Assembly (NCBI RefSeq): GCF_042660085.1
Contig: NZ_JBHSTI010000003.1
Location: 11,962 to 43,961 of the forward strand
Direction: 5' to 3'
Length of the DNA stretch: 32,000 nucleotides
Source: Longivirga aurantiaca
GTDB lineage: Bacteria > Actinomycetota > Actinomycetes > S36-B12 > CAIYMF01
Shown here: piece after piece, positions 25,698 through 32,000 of the stretch
How positions within the stretch are numbered: position 1 is the first letter of the stretch
Layout: every line of letters starts with the position of its first letter
Translations under genes and position numbers: made by a program
The notes under the pieces: generated by a model
The model's input: only the letters and a program-made list of their open reading frames with translations
The model's database searches: none
What the model was told of the DNA's origin: nothing

Positions 25698-26813
25698 TCA
25701 TGCCGCACCCGCCCCGACGCGGAGCACCACGCGGATCGTGCCGGGGTCGCGCATGCGACGTAGCCCCTCGTCGATCTGGTCGAACGGCAGCACCTCGGTC
25801 ACCATGCCGTCGAGGTCGAGACGACCCGACCGGTAGTGGTCCACGAACATGTCGACGTCGCTGAGGAAGCGGTTGGCACCCATGTAGGCGCCCTGGATCC
25901 GCCGGTCGCCGTACACGAGGGCGTCGGCGGGGATGCCGATCGTGCGTCCCTCGGGCATGAGACCGAGGACCGTCGCCGTCCCGGCGGGTGCGAGCAGGTC
26001 GAAGGCCAGTGCCGCCGTGGCCGGGTTGCCGACGGCCTCGATGGCGTGCGAGACGCCTCCCGGCACGAGGTCGTGCAGCCGGCGGACCACGTCGGCCGGG
26101 TCGCCCTGGGAGAGGAGGGTGTCGGTCGCGCCGAAGCGTCGCGCCACCTCGAGCTTCGCCGGCTGGCTGTCCAGGGCCACGATCCGGCGGGCCCCGGCCA
26201 GCCGGGCGCCCTGGAGGGCGGCGATCCCGACGCCGCCGCACCCGATGACCGCCACCGTGTCCTCGCTCCTCACCTGGGCACCGTGGACCACCGCCCCGAC
26301 CCCCGTCGTGACGCAGCAGCCGAGAAGGCAGGCGACGACCGACGGGACGTCGTCCGGCACGATGGCGAGGGAGTCCTCGGAGGCCAGGAAGGCCTCGCCG
26401 AACGCGCCCATGTCCGCCAGCGCCTGGACCGGCGTGCCGTCGGGGAGGGCGAACCGCGGGCGGGGGCGGGCACGCACCTCGGCCACGCGGCTGCACTGCG
26501 TCGGACGTCCGGCCAGGCAGTGCGGGCACTGTCCGCACGAGGGCGTCACGGTGGCCACCACGCGTTGCCCCACCCGCACCCGGCTGACCTGCGCCCCGAC
26601 CGCCTCGACGATGCCGGCGACCTCGTGCCCGAGGACGGCCGGCCGGTCGATGCCGAGCGAGCCCTCGACGTAGTGCACGTCGCTGTGGCACAGCCCCACG
26701 TGCTCGGTGCGTACGACGACCTCACGGTCGAGCGGATCGTCGAGCAGGACGTCGGTGAGGGTGAGGCGGTCGCTGCCGTCGAGCAGCACGGCGGCGGTGA
26801 TGGGAAGGGGCAT
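25698..26813 (-). CDS. Zinc-dependent (MDR) alcohol dehydrogenase
   Basis: GLCHSDVHYVEG..GHEVAGIVEAVG, the structural-zinc Cys cluster CGQCPHCLAGRPTQC, and the Rossmann motif VIGCGGVGIAA. Start at the ATG (MPLPITAAVLL). Confidence 0.88.
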   Translation of the reverse strand: MPLPITAAVLLDGSDRLTLTDVLLDDPLDREVVVRTEHVGLCHSDVHYVEGSLGIDRPAVLGHEVAGIVEAVGAQVSRVRVGQRVVATVTPSCGQCPHCLAGRPTQCSRVAEVRARPRPRFALPDGTPVQALADMGAFGEAFLASEDSLAIVPDDVPSVVACLLGCCVTTGVGAVVHGAQVRSEDTVAVIGCGGVGIAALQGARLAGARRIVALDSQPAKLEVARRFGATDTLLSQGDPADVVRRLHDLVPGGVSHAIEAVGNPATAALAFDLLAPAGTATVLGLMPEGRTIGIPADALVYGDRRIQGAYMGANRFLSDVDMFVDHYRSGRLDLDGMVTEVLPFDQIDEGLRRMRDPGTIRVVLRVGAGAA

Positions 26814-26827
26814 GCGACTACCTCGCG

Positions 26828-27124
26828 TCAGGGGATGGCGGTGATGGCACCCAGCTCGGCCGCGCCACCGGGGGAGCCGAGCGGGGAGTCGTGGCCGGGC
26901 AGGACCTCGAAGAAGAGACGGCGCGCGCGATCCAGGTCGGCGCCGCCGTCGGCGAAGGTGATGGCCTCGACCGGGCACTCCGGCTCGCAGGCGCCGCACT
27001 CGATGCACTCGGTGGGGTGGATGTAGAGCTGGTCGCCGGCCTCGTAGATGCAGTCGACGGGGCAGACGTCGACGCACGAGCGGTCCATGCTCGTGGCGCA
27101 GACCTCGGAGATGACGTAGGGCAT
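26828..27124 (-). CDS. 7Fe-type ferredoxin (FdxA-like)
   Basis: [47 protein letters not shown] shows the [3Fe-4S][4Fe-4S] Cys spacing. Confidence 0.88.
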   Translation of the reverse strand: MPYVISEVCATSMDRSCVDVCPVDCIYEAGDQLYIHPTECIECGACEPECPVEAITFADGGADLDRARRLFFEVLPGHDSPLGSPGGAAELGAITAIP

Positions 27125-27214
27125 GTCAGTTCCCGTGAGCTGGGCCGGGCCCGGGGTGCGCCCGGAGACCCGGAGCGGTGGAGGCGGCGCGGCGGATCGC
27201 CCCGGCGTCGGTCA

Positions 27215-28573
27215 TCACTCGGCGGTGGAGATGAAGACGTTCTTGAGCTCGGTGTAGCCGTCCATGGCGGCCATTCCGAGCTCGCGGCCGAACCCTGACT
27301 GCTTGAAGCCGCCGAAGGGTGTCTGCAGCCGCACCGAGGTGCTGGAGTTGACCGAGATCGACCCGGACTCCAGCCCCCTGGCCACCCGGATCGCCCGGCC
27401 CAGGTCGCGGGTCCAGATCGACCCGGACAGGCCGAAGATCGTGTCGTTGGCCAGTGCGATCGCATCCTGCTCGTCGTCGAACGGGAGCACCGCCACCACC
27501 GGCCCGAAGATCTCCTCGCGCACGATCCGGTGCTCGCGCGGCGGGTCCAGGACCAGGTGCGGAGCCATCCAGTGGCCCGGACCGCTCGGTCCGGGGACCG
27601 GGGCGACGATGTCGAGCGCCGGGTCGAGGAAGGACCGCACCTTGTCCAGATGAGGGGCGGAGACGAGCGGGCCCATGGCCGTCGTGGAGTCGAGCGGGTC
27701 GCCGACCGTGAACGTCGAGGTCGCGGCGACGAACAAGGCGACGAACTCGTCGTAGACGTCGCGCTGGACCAGCACCCGGCTCCGTGCGCAGCAGTCCTGG
27801 CCCGAGTTGCCGAAGACGGCTCCCGTGCTCGCCGAGGCCGCCCTCTCCAGGTCGGCGTCGGCGAACACGACCGCCGCCGACTTGCCGCCCAGCTCCAGGG
27901 TGAGCCGCTTCATCGTGCCGGCCGAGGCGCGCATGATCGTCTGGCCGGTCTGGGTCGAGCCGGTGAAGCTGATCTTGCCGACCCCGGGGTGCTCCGTCAG
28001 GGCGGCGCCCACGGTCGATCCCGGGCCGTGGACGACCTGGAAGAGCCCGTCGGGAAGATCGACCTGGGCGAAGATCCGCTCCAGCTCGAGCACGGAGAGC
28101 GGAGTCAGCTCCGCCGGCTTCACGATGACCGCGTTCCCGCAGGCGAGTGCCGGTGCGATGTTCCACGCGGCGATGACGAGGGGGAAGTTCCACGGTGCGA
28201 TCACGGTGACGACGCCGATCGGCTCGCGCACCGTGAAGTCGAGTCCGCCGTCCACCGGGATCGTGTCGCCGAAGCTCTTGTCGATGGCTCCCGCGTAGTA
28301 GTCGAAGGTGTCGGCCACCATGGCCACCTCGCCGCGGCTGTCGCCGATGGGCTTGCCGACGTTGGCGGTCTCCACCTGCGCGAGGGTCTCCGCGTCGGCA
28401 CGGATGAGCTCGGCGAGACGGCGGAGCGCCTCGATCCGACGGCGCTGAGGGAGTCCTGCCCACTGCCGCTGTGCGCGCGTCGCCCGCTCGACCACCTCAT
28501 CGATGCGCTCGACCGGGGTGACGGTCGGCTCTGCGATGACCTCGAGGTTGGACGGGTTGACGATCTGCGACAT
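27215..28573 (-). CDS. NAD(P)-dependent aldehyde dehydrogenase (first gene of the minus-strand operon)
   Basis: VTVIAPWNFPL, LELGGKSAAVVFADADL, and the catalytic Cys in GQDCCARSRVLV. The ATG at 28573 has GAGG about 5 nt upstream. Confidence 0.9.
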   Translation of the reverse strand: MSQIVNPSNLEVIAEPTVTPVERIDEVVERATRAQRQWAGLPQRRRIEALRRLAELIRADAETLAQVETANVGKPIGDSRGEVAMVADTFDYYAGAIDKSFGDTIPVDGGLDFTVREPIGVVTVIAPWNFPLVIAAWNIAPALACGNAVIVKPAELTPLSVLELERIFAQVDLPDGLFQVVHGPGSTVGAALTEHPGVGKISFTGSTQTGQTIMRASAGTMKRLTLELGGKSAAVVFADADLERAASASTGAVFGNSGQDCCARSRVLVQRDVYDEFVALFVAATSTFTVGDPLDSTTAMGPLVSAPHLDKVRSFLDPALDIVAPVPGPSGPGHWMAPHLVLDPPREHRIVREEIFGPVVAVLPFDDEQDAIALANDTIFGLSGSIWTRDLGRAIRVARGLESGSISVNSSTSVRLQTPFGGFKQSGFGRELGMAAMDGYTELKNVFISTAE

Positions 28574-28964
28574 GGGGGCCTCGGTTCCGACGGTTCGGGT
28601 GCGTGGGCGCGGTGGACGGAGCCGATCGCCGCGACGCGCCAACCCTCCGGCGCCCGACGCCGACCATCAATGTGCGCGCTGCACACAGGGTCGCGGCGAG
28701 AGTCGCCACGCGGCCCACACCGCCACGTGCGGCGTCGGAGTTGGATGAGCATGCACGATCCGGCGACCAGGACCGCTGTCCGGTTGAGGTCGCAGGGTCG
28801 TGGACGACGAGGACGTCGCGGCCGAGGAGACCCGGTCGTGACGAGGTGGGGAGGGTCGGTCGCATGTCCGCCGCCCCACCGCACCGGGCGCGCTACCCGA
28901 GCGCGCTCGCGGCGCGGCCTCTCACGACGTTCCGCAGGACGACTCGCTCGCAGGGAGATCGAGT

Positions 28965-30125
28965 ATGACGCAGCAGCCCGTTCGAGACTTCGACTTCCAC
29001 GGCGAAGCGCTCGACAACATCTTCGAGACCTATCGGGACCTCCGCTCCGAGTGCCCCGTCGGCTGGAGCGATCGCTACGGCGGGTTCTGGTTCTTCACGA
29101 AGCACGAGGACATCTTCAACGCGGAGCAGGACTGGCAGACCTACTCCGTCACGCCCTCGATGCTGCTGCCCGATCTCGGCAACGTCGAGCCGATGATCCC
29201 CATCGACGTCGACCCGCCTGAGCACACCCACTACCGGCGGATCCTGCTGCCGCTGTTCACCCCGTCCGCGGTCGACGAGCTGACTCCGTTCGTCGTCCAG
29301 ACCGCTCGTGAGCTCGCGGACGAGGCTCTCAAGCAGGACGTCGTGGACGTCAGCCACACCTATGCGCGCCCGCTCCCCATGATCGTCTTCAGCAGCCTGA
29401 TCGGCTATCCCCCCGAGGACTGGCACCTGTTCGACCAGTGGATCGACCGGATCTTCGCCCGGGCGGAGGACGCCGAGGACGCGACACGAGCCTCCCAGGA
29501 GGTGCACGCGTACCTCGAGGCGCTCGTCGAGCGGCGCCGGAACGAGCCCGAGATCGACGACATCACGGGACGCCTGCTCAAGGCCGAGATCAACGGCCGG
29601 CCGATCACTCACGACGAGCTGATGAGCTACCAGTACCTGCTGTTCATCGCCGGTCTCGAGACGACCGCGTGGACCATCAGGGCCGGCCTCTGGCACCTGG
29701 CGCGCAACACCGCTGACCAGCAGCGGCTCCGTGAGAACCCCGACCTGATCCCCGCAGCGGTCGAGGAGTTCCTCCGGACGCTGGCACCGGTGCAGGGCAT
29801 GGCGCGCACGGCGCTCAAGGACGTCGAGGTGCGTGGGTGCCCGATCAAGAAGGGCGATCGGGTGGTGCTCGCCTTCGGCTCGGGTAACCGGGACGAGGAT
29901 GCCTACGAGGACTCCGACCAGATCGTCATCGACCGGGAGCAGAACCGGCACTTCGCCTTCGGCGTGGGGGTGCACCGGTGCCTGGGCTCCAACCTCGGAC
30001 GCCGTGAGGTCGTCGTCGCCCTCCGCGAGTTCCTCGCCCGCACTCCGCTCTTCGAGGCGGTGGACCCCACCGAGCAGTGGCACGGCGTCGGTCCGCTTCA
30101 CATCCGATTCGTCCGAGAGGCTTGA
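28965..30125 (+). CDS. Cytochrome P450 monooxygenase
   Basis: 386 aa with the heme-thiolate loop FAFGVGVHRCLGSNLGR, the I-helix AGLETT and the ExxR motif (EEFLR). Confidence 0.93.
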   Translation: MTQQPVRDFDFHGEALDNIFETYRDLRSECPVGWSDRYGGFWFFTKHEDIFNAEQDWQTYSVTPSMLLPDLGNVEPMIPIDVDPPEHTHYRRILLPLFTPSAVDELTPFVVQTARELADEALKQDVVDVSHTYARPLPMIVFSSLIGYPPEDWHLFDQWIDRIFARAEDAEDATRASQEVHAYLEALVERRRNEPEIDDITGRLLKAEINGRPITHDELMSYQYLLFIAGLETTAWTIRAGLWHLARNTADQQRLRENPDLIPAAVEEFLRTLAPVQGMARTALKDVEVRGCPIKKGDRVVLAFGSGNRDEDAYEDSDQIVIDREQNRHFAFGVGVHRCLGSNLGRREVVVALREFLARTPLFEAVDPTEQWHGVGPLHIRFVREA

Positions 30126-30129
30126 TCCG

Positions 30130-30327
30130 ATGAAGGTCCAGGTGGACTCCAGCAAGTGCCAGGGGCACAACCGCTGCATGATCTTCGCCCCCGAGGTCTT
30201 CGAGGTGGACGACTACGGATTCGCCAGCGCGCAGCGGGGCGGAGAGGTGCCGGCCGAGCTCGCCGACAAGGCACGCACCGCGGCCGCCAACTGCCCCGAG
30301 CTGGCCATCGTCATCTCCGAGGACTGA
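30130..30327 (+). CDS. P450-associated [3Fe-4S] ferredoxin (65 aa)
   Basis: MKVQVDSSKCQGHNRCMIFAPEVF..AAANCPELAI has the CxxHxxC...CP pattern of 3Fe-4S ferredoxins linked to actinobacterial P450s. It starts 4 nt after the P450 stop. Confidence 0.85.
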   Translation: MKVQVDSSKCQGHNRCMIFAPEVFEVDDYGFASAQRGGEVPAELADKARTAAANCPELAIVISED

Positions 30328-30328
30328 C

Positions 30329-31510
30329 GTGTCCGACGTCGGCGTCCTGGTCGTCGGGGGTGGCCTCGCAGGCTGCACCGTGGCCAGGGCGCTGGAGGAT
30401 GCCGGCCGGGGGAGCGACGTCCTCGTCGTCGACCCGGATCCCCACGCTCCCTACGACCGGCCGCCGCTGACCAAGGCCTTCCTGGCCGAGGAGGACCACC
30501 TCACCCAGCGGCCGCCGTGGGCGCCCGGTGCCGTGGACTGGCTCGCGGACTGCGTGGTCGCCGTCGACCTCATGGGTCGGGCCGTCCGGCTGGCATCCGG
30601 TCGATCGCTCACCGCCGAGACCGTCGTGCTCGCGGCAGGGTCGCTGGCTCGCACGCTGCCGGGCCGTCCCGACCGCGTGATCACGGTGCGGTTCGCGGAG
30701 GACGCCCGGCGGGTCAGGGAGCTGCGCAGGTCCGGCGCGTCACGGTTCCTCATCGAGGGCGCCGGGCCCCTCGGACTCGAGCTCGCGTCGACGCTCGCGT
30801 CCGACGGCGCCGAGGTCACCGTGGTCGACCCGGCGTCGGCGCCGATGGAGAGACTGCTCGGCGGCGCGCTCGGGGAGGAGGTGTCCGGCTGGGCGCGGGA
30901 TGCGGGGGTGCGGCTGCTCTTGGACACGAAGATCACGAAGGTGTCCGCCCTCGGCGACGGTGGGCGTGTCGAGGCGGTGCGCAGCACAGGTGCCGCCGAG
31001 GTGTTCGACTGCATGATCACGGCGGTCGGCAGCGTGCCCGCCCCCCTCATGCTGATGGGTCCGGCCGGGCCGGTGGGGACCGCGGTCGTCGACCGGCGTC
31101 GTCGGCTCGTCGACCTCGACGGCAGGGTCTTCGACGGGATCCTCGCGGCGGGCGACTTCGCCTTCCAGCGCGACGCCGGCGGCTCGCTGGTACGCAGCGA
31201 GTCCTGGACCGCGGCCAGGATCGACGGAGAGGCGGTCGCCCGGGAGATCCTCGGCGACGGCGCGGGTCCGGACGAGGTCCCGTACTTCTGGACCCGGCAG
31301 TTCGGACGGATGGTCCAGGTGCTGGGCTCCATTCCGTTGGGGGCCGCGCTGCATCTCGTCGCCGAGGTGCCCAAGACCCACGGCGCCCTCTACCAGGCCA
31401 CGTTCGGTGGCGCAGTCGTCGCCTATGTCGGCGTGAACGCGCAACGTCTGGTGGCCATGCTCCAGACGCAGCCGGGATCCGTCGCGGACTGGGCACCGTC
31501 CGAGGGATGA
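30329..31510 (+). CDS. FAD-dependent ferredoxin reductase (pyridine nucleotide-disulfide oxidoreductase)
   Basis: VLVVGGGLAGCTVA (FAD GxGxxG), IEGAGPLGLELAS (NAD(P)H site), and AAGDFA. The GTG start is 1 nt after the ferredoxin stop. Confidence 0.88.
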   Translation: MSDVGVLVVGGGLAGCTVARALEDAGRGSDVLVVDPDPHAPYDRPPLTKAFLAEEDHLTQRPPWAPGAVDWLADCVVAVDLMGRAVRLASGRSLTAETVVLAAGSLARTLPGRPDRVITVRFAEDARRVRELRRSGASRFLIEGAGPLGLELASTLASDGAEVTVVDPASAPMERLLGGALGEEVSGWARDAGVRLLLDTKITKVSALGDGGRVEAVRSTGAAEVFDCMITAVGSVPAPLMLMGPAGPVGTAVVDRRRRLVDLDGRVFDGILAAGDFAFQRDAGGSLVRSESWTAARIDGEAVAREILGDGAGPDEVPYFWTRQFGRMVQVLGSIPLGAALHLVAEVPKTHGALYQATFGGAVVAYVGVNAQRLVAMLQTQPGSVADWAPSEG

Positions 31511-31543
31511 TGGCCGAGGGATGATCGTCGAGCCGCACCACTC

Positions 31544-32000
31544 GTGAAAGGTCCAGCGTTGCCGCGGAAGCAGAGCACGAGCGCGTCGGCCGCCGCCCTG
31601 GCCGCCGCGGACGTCGAGATCCTGCACCAGGCGCTGCGGGACGCCGAGCGCCGCGGGGCGCTCCTCAACGAGCTCGTCGAGGCGCTGAACCAGTCGCGCG
31701 ACGCAGTCTCGCTCCTGCAGCGCTCGGTCGAGGCCGTCGTGCGAGCCATCGACGCAAGCGGTGCATTCGTCTACCTCTGGGACAACGAGGGCGGCCGCTT
31801 CGTCCTTCGCTCGGCGACCGAGGGCCATCAGAAGGCCTTCGTCGGGCGGATCTTCCTGCGTCCGGGCGAGGGGCTGGCGGGATGGTCCGCCTTGATGCGG
31901 CGTCCGGTGCTGATCGGCGAACAGCTGGCCGAGGATCCGCGCGTGGTGATCTTCCCCGAGCTGCAGGAGAGCGAGTTCCGCTCCTGTCTCATCGTGCCCA
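31544..32000 (+). CDS. GAF-domain protein, N-terminal part (continues beyond the window); probable sensor or regulator
   Basis: Not in the ORF track because the frame is still open at 32000. GC3 is high. The translation ..VEAVVRAIDASGAFVYLWDNEGGRFVLRSATEGHQKAFVGRIFLRPGEGLAGW..ESEFRSCLIVP is a typical GAF fold pattern. The first possible start is the GTG at 31544 (in-frame stop at 31508-31510). Confidence 0.7.
   Translation, partial: MKGPALPRKQSTSASAAALAAADVEILHQALRDAERRGALLNELVEALNQSRDAVSLLQRSVEAVVRAIDASGAFVYLWDNEGGRFVLRSATEGHQKAFVGRIFLRPGEGLAGWSALMRRPVLIGEQLAEDPRVVIFPELQESEFRSCLIVP

Noticed and set aside
28603-28968. A 121-aa ORF in the ALDH/P450 divergent region as a candidate small regulator
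   Set aside because: Its Arg/Pro/Thr-rich composition has no HTH pattern, no SD and a weak third-position GC signal, so the region is more likely non-coding promoter DNA.

Overview
High-GC (actinobacterial-type) chromosomal window in two parts. Positions 1-14.9 kb are a conserved core: the topA 3' end with a Lys-rich tail, a transglutaminase-like gene, a spermidine-synthase-like methyltransferase, tmk and holB with an ATGA overlap, fused isobutyryl-CoA mutase icmF divergent from a MarR gene, two alpha/beta hydrolases, a PSP1/RicT-like gene and tRNA-Thr(CGU). An accessory region starts directly after the tRNA. It holds an intact tyrosine integrase and an excisionase-like HTH gene, but no replication or transfer genes follow. 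Next come a 212-bp phased repeat array (4 x 53 bp built from 12-bp GASTCCGTCAC units), one orphan ORF, and two diverged IS110-family elements inserted in tandem, each inactivated differently. After these lies a roughly 1.3-kb patch of three truncated gene fragments. The rest is a tight catabolic supercluster: ALDH, 7Fe ferredoxin, Zn-ADH, ALDH, PuuD-like amidohydrolase and Fe-ADH on the minus strand, divergent from P450, 3Fe-4S ferredoxin, ferredoxin reductase and a GAF-domain protein. I found no recognisable defence system, CRISPR array or toxin-antitoxin pair. The most unusual signals are non-coding: the phased 12/53-bp array, the IS110 junction architecture with its putative bridge-RNA leaders, a 40-bp double-hairpin intergenic repeat family, and mirror-image 25-nt leader elements in front of two divergent genes. 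All calls come from reading the sequence and ORF translations by eye; no database search was run.
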